DNA of 64,000 nt from Sphaerodactylus townsendi (lineage: Eukaryota), in contig NC_059427.1 in NCBI RefSeq assembly GCF_021028975.2, forward strand, positions 135,222,001-135,286,000, given 5' to 3'. The position numbers were made by a program, and so were the translations under genes. Positions 35,501 to 47,500 of the stretch are shown here, one piece after another. Under the pieces are notes generated by a model. It worked only from the letters and a program-made list of their open reading frames with translations. It made no database searches and was not told the origin of the DNA. Every line of letters begins with the position of its first letter. Positions within the stretch are counted from its first letter, which is position 1.

Positions 35501-38500
35501 TTCTGGTGGCAGGGGTTTCTTTTTTTGCCTTTTTTGCTCTCTGCGCTACCATAAAGCCCTCCTGCAATTTGGATGGGGCTGCCTGATTCTTCTTTGAGAA
35601 TAGGGGTCATCTCTCTCTTCTGTGTGATAGGGCTAATGTTAAAGACTTTTTAATTTTGGCTTCCCTTGATTCCACTGATTCGTTCATCTTCTGCTCACTG
35701 GTCATTTCAATAGACATCAATTACGATATGAACTGTACCTGAAAACTTGTCCATGTCTTTAAAAGGTAAGCCATATACAAGTTGCTCTTCATTCTGTTTT
35801 AATAAACTGGCTCCAGGGATATGCTGTCTGACCAATGATGATGTACCTTCTGTGTTACAGTATCTGTCTATGTGCATACTATGAGAAAAATATATATATA
35901 CATGTGAGGTATAATTATTATTGCTAAAGGTAGGCCTCATTATCATTCTTAGAAAGAAGGCACAAAAATCAGTAAGCCAATTTCAAGTGAAGATGTATTA
36001 TCTAAACCCAACTAAAAGAATGAATATTTATAAATGTTTATCTGATAATCTAAACTCCTAACAGAAAATAAATGACCACCAACAGAGTATCCAACTTTGC
36101 TGGATTGTGGACCACACATTACAACATTAAATGAACCTGTAGACTACTGAATGATACCTCAATCGGTAGCCAATTCCCCATTTTGTTTTAAGGAAGAAAG
36201 AGGAGCCAACGCATTTCAGCATTCCTTGAGAAATCACAGCTTTCCGATCTAAAAAACAAACCAACCAGAAGGCATTCTTAGTCATATAAGTTTTTACAGA
36301 AACAACCAATAGAAATAACATTCATGTTCTGTATTATTTCAGACACAGTACAGAAGTGGATCTTACCAGCGATAATGTCTGCTTCATCCATGAAATGGGT
36401 ACTGAAGACGGTCACTCGATTTGCTTTTCTGCTTTTCAAAATGTTCCAAACTGCACGTCGTGAGCACGGATCCATCCCAGCAGTTGGTTCATCTAAGAGT
36501 AATACCTAAACAGTGAACCGGAAAAAAGTAATCAGAAAATACAAACTCTGCATTTTTTAGATAATGAACCTAACAAACACAGAAGAAATGGAGTTGCTAT
36601 AATAGCAAGGCAAGATGTAGTGTAAGCAGCCAGGGGCTATATTGCAAATTCTGCCTGAATAATATCAATCAGACTCCGTGGAAAGCCTATCCAACCAACC
36701 AATATTTATTACGATCAAGAGATTGTCAAAATCAATTTTAACAGTACAGTTTACATATAAATCTAAAATTAATACACAAAGATTAAAATTCATAGTCTTT
36801 TTGTGCTGTAATTAATCATACATAAAGGTTACTAAAAGTCTGGAATATCTACTTCCTTGTAGATAAAGTCTCAGTACAAAATTTGGCAAGTTTTGAGGTA
36901 GTCTCACTGGAGCAGTCTGCAAGTAACTAGTAGTAAATTTACTGACCGTTGGCCTTCACAATCTCCTCATACACAACATAAAAAGATTAAACACACACAA
37001 AAACACCCCATATACCAATAAAACTAAAACAACCAAATTAGTACTAATACAAATATCCCTGTCAAATAATAAGACACATCATGACACCATATAGTCTGAT
37101 TCTTCTTGCGGCATGAGCAAAAAGTGTTACTCGGTTGGAAATGTATGGATCGCCATCGGATTGTAGACAAATCAGTTTCCCAGTGTTGTCAGTATCCCCC
37201 ACAATTGGGAGAAATCCTTTAATATATTTAGTTCTTATGTCATCATATAGAGGACACTCCAAAACATAATGCAGAATATTTTCATCTGCCTCACTGCCAC
37301 AAATACATCTACAGTTAGCTACCGACACATTACTACATCGTGCTCTATACACTGCCAGCAGTCTGCAAGTAAGTATGAATAGAAATTTTCAGATCTTCCT
37401 GGGAACTTGGATAAAACAGGGGTGAGATAGGTGGAACAGATGTCCTTGCTAGATGGACCATATAATATATACGTGTTCCTCTGTTTCAACTCTGTTGAAT
37501 TGGAAGGAACTGACGAGTAGAAGATACACAGATATCATCTTTTTCCATCTGAATGGTCTTTCTCTTCTCTTCTGCCACCTGTCTTCCCCTCCTTTTTCAG
37601 TTTTTCTGATTTCCAGTTTTGGTTTTTTGCTCCGGGTCTGTTTTTTGTTTTTTGTATTTTGTATATATTGGATTTAGGAGTTTTATAGTATTTTTGTGAA
37701 ATTTTTAGTTACCATCAGAATTTGGAACTGATTTTAATCTTGATTTCATTGTCTATATTAATGTGTTGGAAGCTACCCTGAGCCCATGAGGGAAAGGGTG
37801 GCATAAAAAGAAATAAATAAAAAATAGTAGCAATAATGTTAGGCATTTTATGTATGCTTATCATGTCTTGAAAGCCAGTAGTGCTGTAAAGCCACTCACA
37901 GATGTTTCAGTGATTTCTGTATACTTTGGAGATACCCCTAATGTTCTTAAAACATAGTATTTTATAGAAAGAAAAAGGGAAAGAGTCTAAAAACCTATCA
38001 GGAAGCACTGAACATACACAAAGCTTTGCCATGAAAGCAGACATTTGGAACAGATCACTTATACAGTTGAACTCAGAGATTTTATTCCACCCTCCTTTTG
38101 AATAGGGAAAAAAATTCAGCCAGACAATTCAGAAATGATGGGGAAGACAGCCCCACCTCCACAATACGTGTGCGTGTGTGTGTGCGTGCGTGCGCGCGCG
38201 CACGCACACACACACACACACACTATTATATTGGGAGTTAGTTGAGCAGCTTGTTGCATCCCCCTTTCTATAGTGCTAGTGTTCAGTTCTGGATGAAAAA
38301 CGCAGCACAAGAATGTATCCTTTATATCCAGCTGTACCACTTCCCACCATTCTCCCCTCCCAACAATGCCATCTCTGTGTTATTGCTTTGCGAGAGAATA
38401 GTAGATTAACTCCCTGCGACACCATTACGAAACAATTTCTCAGTACACTCCTATGAATGGTAATTAATAAGATATAGGTAGAATTATTATACAAAATATT

Positions 38501-41500
38501 ATATTGAAACCATAGCAAAAAAGTGGCACTCCCCAGAAAAAAACCCAGGAATATAATTTTGATTTGGACTTCTCTTTGGATAAACAATCATTTTGTTGCT
38601 TGACTATGATAAGGAATGTTACAAGACATGTAGATCAAGTACCCCCATATTTACTTAAAGGTGTGTAAAAATTTCTCATGAAAAAGTGTAGTCTATAAAC
38701 AAAGGATCTGATACTTTCTACTAGTCCAGTTAAGAACTATAGAGGGCAAAAATTATACATCAAGTTGGTTGATCAACTGATGCATAAAAAGCATATAGTA
38801 CTGAACAGAAAAAGATGCACTACTACTAAAGAGATCTGGACTACTATAATGAATCCGAATGCATAATTGCAATTATAGCCTAATTCAAGGGCCTCGACCA
38901 TATTTCTAGTATATTTAGTATAGAGAGCACACTTCATCCAGCATGCTGTCAGAATTCAATAACAAGGGCAAATCCTGCTACTAGAACAGTCATGAACATG
39001 CATGGCTATTTTCACTTTAACAACTAATCTGGAGAACCGGGTTTGATTCCCCACTCCTCTACCTGAGTGGCAGAGGCTTATCTGGTGAACTAGATGTGTT
39101 TCTGCACTCCTACATTCCTGCTGGGTGATTTTGGGCTAGTTACAGTTCTTTGGAACTCTCTCAGCCCCACCTACCTCCAGGGGCGTAACGAGGCAAACTG
39201 TAGCCCTGGGCAAAACCTGAGTTGGATGCCCCCCCCCTCCAATGGTCAGCCACTTCACCACGACCAAATTTTTTTGCACAGGACATTAGTGCGTGCAGGG
39301 GGTGCATTTTTAGACATATCAGCACTAACATTTCAGCGTATCATCAGGAGACTGTCCTTATGCTATCCCCCAAGTTTGGTGAGGTTTGGTTCACGGAGTC
39401 CAAAGTTATGGACTCCCAAAGGGGGTTCCCCATCCCCCATTGTTTCCAATGGGAGTTAATCCCCAAATTGCGTGCCCTATGCAGCCCTTTGTCTGGAGTT
39501 AGGTCAAAACTCCTTGGAATCAGCCGCTTGGCTGAGGGCTTTTAGATTCTGGCTGCGAATTCATTTTCTCTCAGACTGTAATTCCCTGGTCCACCGTGTG
39601 CTCTCTGACACCCATTCCAACCCCTGGTTTTCCATAATTGAAGAAAAAATGGCCTCTATTGGACTGTCAGTGGATTCACTTTGCCCTTTGTCCTATTCAG
39701 AAGCTTATAGAAAATTAAAAGGTCAACTATTGGATAGAGAGTTCTCTACCCTAATCACCACAGCCAAGAAAACATGTTCCCCCCTGTACTTTTCTCTCCC
39801 ATTTGAACGGGACCACTTGGCACACTACCTGTATTGCTTAATAAACCCTGCTCAAAGGAGAGCCATAATGCTTTCCAGGTTTAATGTTATGTCTTCTGCC
39901 TTGTTACATGGCAGATTTAATAAGCAAGAAAAGGCTAAAAGATTGTGCCCATGTAATCATGGCTCAGTTGAATCTCTGGCCCACCAATTACTACACTGTC
40001 TCAGATTCAAGGAAATCAGATCCAAGTATGTGAATCTTACTCCTTTACATTTACCAGATCTCCCCGTTTTAATTAGATTACACTACTTGTTGGACAATCC
40101 TGATCCTTCTCTCTGTATGATAGTGGCAGACTTTCTCCTGGAAATCACTAAACGCCAGTAGATTTCCTTCGACCTAACATTTATTTCCTGTATTGTATAT
40201 GCTTTTTAATCCATTTTTATTATTGTTGTACTGTTGTCTATGCCAATAAAGGCTTGCAATGGGAGCTAATAGGAGATGGGGGCTACAGTTTTGAGGGTCC
40301 ATAACCTTGGCCCCCCTGAACCAAACTGCACCAATCCTGGAGGGTATCCTCAGGGCAGTCTCCTGATGAGTCCCTGAAAGTTTTGAGATTGTGCCTTCAG
40401 AAATGTGCCCCCTCCAGCCTGCAACCCCCGTTGACAGCAATACAGAACAATGCAGAACAAAGATTCTTGGGCAAATTTCTGAGATGTTCCAGAAGGGGGC
40501 ACATTTTTGGATGTATCAGCACCAAAATGTCAGGTATCATCTGGAAACGGTCCTAATGGGACTCCCCCAAGTCTGGCGCAGTTTGGTTTAGGGGGTCCAA
40601 AGTTATGGCCCCTCAAAGGGGATACCCCATCCCACATTCTTTGCTAAGGAGATGGGGGCTACCCTTTTGAGGGTCCATAACTTTGGACCCCCTGAACCAA
40701 ACTGCACCAAACCTTGGGGGTGCCATCATGACAGTCTCCAGATGATACCCTGAAATTTTGGTGCTGATACGTCCAAGAATGCCTTCCCTGCAAGAACATC
40801 CCGAAATTTCTCCAAGAATCTTTGTTCTGCATTGAGTTTTCTGCATTGCTGTCAATGGGGGTTGCAGGCTGGGGGGGGGGCACATTTCTGAAGGCACAGT
40901 TTCAGGGTCTCATCAGGAGACTGCCCAAGTGATACCCCCCAGGTTTGGTGCAGTTTGGTTCAGGGGGGCCAAAGTTATGGACCCTCAAAACTGTAGCCCC
41001 CATCTCCTATTAGCTCCCGTTGAAAACAATGGGGGATAGGGGCACCCCCTTTGGGAGTCCATAACTTTGGACTCCCTGAACCAAATCTCACCAAACTTGG
41101 AGGGTAGCATAAGGACAGTCTCCTGATGATACGCTGTAATTTTGGTGCCGCTAGCTTAAAAACTGCGCCCCCTGCAGGCCAAAAATGAAAAACCATTAAA
41201 ATACCCAAAAATGAACCCAGCATTTTGATGCCCCCCAGAAGGTGATGCCCTGGGCAGCTGCCCACCTTGCCCAATGGGCATTACGCCAGTGCCTACCTCA
41301 CAAGGTGTCTGTTGTGGGGAGAGGAAGGGAAAGGAGCTTGTAAGCTACCTTGAATCTCCTTACAGAAGAGAAAGGTGGAATATAAATGAAAACCCCTCTT
41401 CGTCTTCTAAGACAAACAAGAATAAAACTAAAAGGTAACTATTTTTGCACATTTTCACTTAAATCATGAGCAATGCAGATTATGTTATGTACAAACTATT

Positions 41501-44500
41501 ATGTATTATGTACAAACTATTATGTGTTATGTACAAACTATTACAGTGTTTTACCACACCAATTGACCACTCTACTTCTGTCCTGCTGGTATTTACCTTG
41601 GGATCGCCAATAATAGCAAATCCAATCGACAGCTTTCTTTTCTGTCCTCCACTAAGTTTTTTAACTTGGTTATCTTTAATGGGCTGCATATCCAAGTCCA
41701 ATAACATTTTCTGCACCTTGTGAAATAAAGCACAAGAAGTAGTTAACAGTACTTAAAACTTGTANNNNNNNNNNNNNNNNNNNNNNNNNNNNNNNNNNNN
41801 NNNNNNNNNNNNNNNNNNNNNNNNNNNNNNNNNNNNNNNNNNNNNNNNNNNNNNNNNNNNNNNNNNNNNNNNNNNNNNNNNNNNNNNNNNNNNNNNNNAG
41901 TTGCACATAGTTCTGTTCATTTGGATTTTCAACATAATAAGGCTTAACCTGGCTTATGAATAAGAAGCAACCTCTGATTAACAACGCCTAATTAAAAAAA
42001 CCCAACATATTTTATTTCAGAGTTTTTAAAAGATTATATATGTCCTCTCATCTCATTTTCAATTTTTCCCCCAAACCTCTATAGCAGATAACATCTAGAA
42101 AAGGAAATGGGGGAACAACAGGTTCTTATAGATTTTTCTGGAGACAGTGTCTGCACAAAGCATTTAAAATATTTTTGCAAATGTTTTGAAAAGAATTGTT
42201 TTAATGGGTTTTGTCAGCAAAGACCATAAAAATAAAAGATTTCAGGTGAAAATTGTTTTTTTTTTAAAAAACAAACAAACATGCACATGCATGGCTTAGA
42301 TGCTACAAAGATATCCAAAGCCTTGCTGATTCTGACATCAAATCTATGTAGAATCAAATCCACAACAGACAAAAAATTAAAAAAGAAAAAAACAGTCCAT
42401 TTGCATAACCAGCAGGCAATGATAAATTTATTAATGTACAGCGATGACAGAAATGGCAGGCAGCTGCAAGACCAGATGAGAAAACATACATAGGAAATTT
42501 CAGAAAATGGTAGACATAGAATCTCTGAAGCAGCAGAATATGGCGGACAGCCAGAGAAATGAAACCAGTGGAGATGAAGGGAAGCATGGAGCTTCTAATT
42601 CAGGTGTGAGAAATAAAATGTTTCCTGGTTCTGGTGGATTTACCGGGCTGTGTGGCCGTCGTCTGGTGGATCTTGTTCCTAACGTTTCGCCTGCATCTGT
42701 GACTGGCATCTTCAGAGGTGTATCACAGAGGGAAGTCTTTACACTCTGTTACACACACTGTCTGTTACACATAACGTTAGGAACAAAATCCACCAGACCA
42801 TGGCCACATAGCCCAGAAAACCCACCAGAACCAGTTGAATCCGGCCATGAAAGCCTTCGACAAAATGTTTCCTGTTTCTCCACACAGGCAGGGATGAAAC
42901 ATTTAAAAAATGTTTTAGTAAAAAAGATCACTAGTTTAGAGGATCCAACATAAAATGTTTTGAACTCGAAATAATGAAGTTGCACTTACTTGTAACTATA
43001 ATTCATCGAGTGGGTTTCCTGCCTCAAAACGCTTTATTTTGGCAGGGTGCACAAAAGGACAGGGTGCATAATTCTTTATTTTCTAAGTATATTGTGACGA
43101 AAATACTGCAGCTGCTATTTCCCTTTACTATTGCCCAGAATCTAGATTACATACAAATTATATCTGTGAATCAGCTCAGTTACTCACCTCTTGTATCATA
43201 TCATTTGGAGGTATACCTTTAACTGAGGCAACTATTGATAAATTCTCTTCCACTGTTAATACATCAAAATATATATCCGATTGTTGGCACACTCCTGTTA
43301 TTTTTCTCACATCTAGCATTTCATCTATTTCAGAAACTCTATATCCATAGATTGATGCAAACCCTAAAGCATAAAAAAATTAAAGAAGAGATCACCACAG
43401 ATTATCATGGTAGCTACCAGCATAAAATAGTCACTTTGGTGCAGTAAGAAAGAGACTATATTTGCAATACTTCAACATGCCCAGATTTCCTGCAATGCAT
43501 TTGGAAGATGCTGCTGTGGAGAAGTGAGGCAAATTCTCAACAGCACAAGTTACTGGTCAGGTCTGGCACTCTTCTACTAAACGACAAGAGCAGTAGAGAA
43601 CTTACAGTACTTGTTGCAAAACTCAAATATTGCTGGTTTGTGGCATCTTCCTGATTTTCTTGGCTGTTCCTCAAGATTGAAATCAGGTGAAAGAAAACTG
43701 TCAGATTTGGGGACAAGATTTAGACCCCCCAAAAAAGGCAACCTGGACACATTTTATGGTTTGACAGTATTTACCATCAGAAGGTGGGCACAATCCACAC
43801 AGAACGTTCATTAATGTTGTTTTTCCTGTTCCACTATGTCCAAGTAACGCTGTGATCTGACCCTCATAAATATCAAAGGATAAACCTAATAAAAGAATTA
43901 AATAATTGGGGTGAGGAGAGATGAAATAATAGCATAAGCAATAATGCAATGATTTTTGCTACTTCTATTCACATTCCTGCTTAAGAAATGACAAACACTT
44001 AATATAACATGTAATGGTGGATTCCACACATTGTATGCACAAGAAATTGCAATTGTTATAAATGAACCCATGTTCCTTTTTTCTGTTGGCATTTATGCAT
44101 TCAGAAGTGATTTGAGCCCATGAAAATAATTTGGGTTGTTTTTGCATCTTTGCACGAAAATGCTTAACATTTTTTACAAGGTATGTGTAGCTCTGAAGGC
44201 ATACAGAAACAAACACTTGCAACCATGCCAATTTCCCCACAATATGATTGGCTTCACCTGCATAGCTTCACCTGTTCAACACACAATTTTAAAAAAAGAT
44301 TAAAAAGGGACTTTCTTGCAATGGTCAGGCAATAATGAATGTGTTTTTGTAGATCTATGAGTAAAATGGCAGTAATACTCGCTGCCCAGGAAAGAACAAG
44401 CTTGGGAGATTTGTAAAATGGCAAACTCTCAGAGAATCAGCCTGCAATATGCTGAGTGAACTGCACAAAATGGTGGGTGAGCAGAATCTTCTTGACATGG

Positions 44501-47500
44501 CAGACAGTGGCAGAAACAAAAGTAAAGGGGTGGTAGGGGGGAATCAACTGGCAGGCAGGAAAAATAAAGTGTCTCCTGCCTGTTGTGTTTGCGTGGGAGT
44601 GTCCAAGCCAAGATTTAACAAAACAATTGCTAGTTTAGCGATTTTTGAAAAACCTGGGTTCAGAGGAACATAACAGGCCTCAGTTGTTCTAGGGAAGAGA
44701 CCTGTATGAAGTTCTTCCCCAAAATGCTATTTATAATGTCCTGAAGACATATTTGTGCTATGCAGAATTCACCAACATTTAAGTAAAATACCAGTATAAA
44801 TTAACTGTAACCTTTGAAAGTCTAAACCTTCTTACCTTTCAATGCCTCTACTGTTTCATCCTTCTTAACAAAAGATTTTTGAACACCACTGATTCTGAAA
44901 GAAAACAGAGCAAATTTATTAGCAAACACAAACATTTTAGTAGTTTTCTTAGAAAGTGACTCAAAATGCACATTTGCTCTAAATAGAAAGCTGATCTGCA
45001 TGTTCAAGTAAAATATAATCTACTTTGGGAATTTATTCATTTATAGCCTACATTTCTCACTTAGGCCCTTTATACACGGGCCAAAATCAATGATTTCGGC
45101 CCGGTAAAACTCTGTTTTGGCGGGGACCCTTTGCACAGGCTGCGCCGCTGCCAAATCGATGCAGCGGCGCTCTGTTCCCACCAAAATAGTGTTTTCAAAC
45201 CTCACTCGGGGAACAAAGTTTTCAGCAAACACTGGTTCCATTCGGTGCCAAGCGAATGGCACCGGGTGGAAGCCTACGTTTCTCCCCCGGCCCTCCCAAA
45301 TGCTGCTTACCTCTGGTCTCTTTCCATCGCGTTGTGGAGGCCAGGAGACACGCCTCCTGGCCTCTGACTCCAGGGTCGTCGCTCTGGCCAGGGGGGGCAT
45401 GTCCCTTGGCCTCCACAACGCGACAGAAGGAGACGGGAGGTAAGCAGCGTTTGGGAGCGGTGCAGCCTGTGCGAAGGCTGCACAGCAAGCGGTGTGCCCA
45501 GCGGGACCATAAACGCGAACGGTCCCATTGGGGTGCAGTGGCATAAACTGTGCCGCTGCACCCCCACAAGCTGGCCATGCGGAAAGGGCCATAGACTCAC
45601 AGAGAATTACAAAATGTAAAAAAAAATAATTGGACAATATGAAACATCCAATACATAATCCAATAGGACTAGGAATGCAAGAACGTCTGCCAGTCACTTC
45701 CTGTTCCCCAGTGGTGATCAGGCAGTCAATTAATTGAGAGGCTGTTCATATCCTATTTCTGTGAATTCACGGGCACATGCTATGTGCAGTCATCAGAAGT
45801 TAATTCCCAGTTGATGAGGGATTAGCTGAGAGTTGTCTTCTGATCGCTTGCTAGCAAAATTTTGATTTGTACCCAGCAAAGATTCGGAAGGGGGTGCAAC
45901 TAGTGATTTAGCTAGAAAATTTGGTTCTTCTGATTGACCATTCTAGAACTTTGCTGCCCCCAGATTTGCTGAGAAGCAGAACATTTTGGAAAGAGTCAAT
46001 TTCTTTTCTTTTATCCCCACTCGAAGTTGTTGGCCTGGCCTACACAGAAAAGAAAACCATCAAACTTATTTTCATTTCCTTTTGCAATGCAGAGATTATA
46101 AACAATGCACCACTCCCATCAGTCTGATGAGGGGAAGAGAAACGAACTCTTTCTCTTCTCCCTAGTGCAATTCAGAGATTAAAAATGTAGTAAAGTCCTT
46201 TTTAACCCTCTCTATTGTAATGCCGATAAAAACACTGCTTCCTGTTCAACTGGGAAATGAGGGAAGAGCTCCCTTTTCCAAAGTCACTATGCAGCTATTG
46301 TGCTGAGGGTGCAGGGTAACTAAGAACCCATTTCCTGCTTCTCACCAACAGGAAGCTGAAAATTTACAATCCAAACATATGCCTGATTGATACACAGTTT
46401 GATTGTGGGTGTTGAACAAGGTATGTTTGTTTATCAAACAGATTTGCTGAGAAATCCCTAAATAAGACTAGATTTACAAAATTGAAATAAACGCAAACAG
46501 ATAACTGTCTAAACATGCCATAAGCAATACAGAAAGTGGATTACAACATAATATGTCTTAAGCAACGCAGAAAGTGGATTACAACGGTGGAATATAGCAA
46601 TGTGCATTTGAAGAGCCGGGCTATTCTGGACAGCCAGGTCATTTGAAAAACAGGGTGATTATGCTGTTCTGGGTCATTTTGCAGATATCCCAATCAACAG
46701 AAGATAATCCCAAAGCCTTTGGGATTCTGGAATTCATAACATGAAAAGGCTAGCGTTGTTCAGGATTTTTAAGGCTTGACCTTGGTTGCTATTGTTTGGT
46801 TGTTGTTTTTTCTGTTTGTGTTTCCTGCATAAAGGGGAGTGAGACAGGTTGGCTACATAATCAGATCCCAGGAAGGAATCAGGAATGGTCCCTGATCCAT
46901 GAGAAGGAACCAGAGAGCTTCTAGGAGGGAAATATAACTTGTGTTTGCTTAGGCAATCATTTCTCAGAGTACGCTCCTCGTGCTGACCTGGTGGTACTAG
47001 GCCTCTTGCTTCACCTGGACTGCTTTGTTTCATTTGATTATTTCTGGTGTGGGAAGGACAGTGGCATAGCGCCAATGGGTCGAGGGGGGCAGAATGCCCT
47101 GGACTCGCGTCAGTGCGTGGGTGTGGCAGGGGCATGGCAGGGTGCAGAGTGTACGCCTGCCCCAGGTGCTGTTCCCCCTCACTCTGCCTCTGAAAAAGGA
47201 CTATTAGAAGGTAATTGCATTTGCGGTAGACAGGAGGAAGCCATTTTGTTTTGCTACTCTTGGACAGAAGGACAGAAGGAAAACCCAGTGATAGCAATCC
47301 CTTTTCTTCTCCATTATGAGGCTTAGCCAGCTCTTCTCACCAATGAAGGACCCAGAAGTAGATGTCATCTTTGATAGTGGGGCCATTGTCACACATTAAG
47401 GAAAGTCACTAGTAGCTAAATGGTGACTGCCACTGCCACCAACATTAAGGCAGCAGTGGGTATTATGGGCCTGGAGAGAATTCCATACACAACCTACCTA

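Larger units (their letters stand above)
39025..41408 (+). mobile_element. tRNA-derived SINE (Squam3-like) split by a hAT insertion (39025-39177 and 41292-41408)
   Basis: B-box ggtttgattcc; body collinear with the uninterrupted SINE at 48351-48640. Confidence 0.8.

Noticed and set aside
39472-40161. 229-aa plus-strand ORF as a nested host gene
   Set aside because: It is bounded by a 14-bp TSD, ends in a LINE-type zinc knuckle and poly(A) signal, and has related fragments at 16957 and 37062. It is a retroelement remnant.
41765-41898. Exon hidden in the N gap
   Set aside because: The flanking exons join in frame (…DMIQE|VQKML…) with no missing ABCA5 sequence.
45041-45697. 218-aa ORF and other GC-rich overlapping ORFs (also 17922-18794, 46734-47297)
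   Set aside because: They lie in GC-rich or palindromic repeats, show no recognisable domains and have no splice context.
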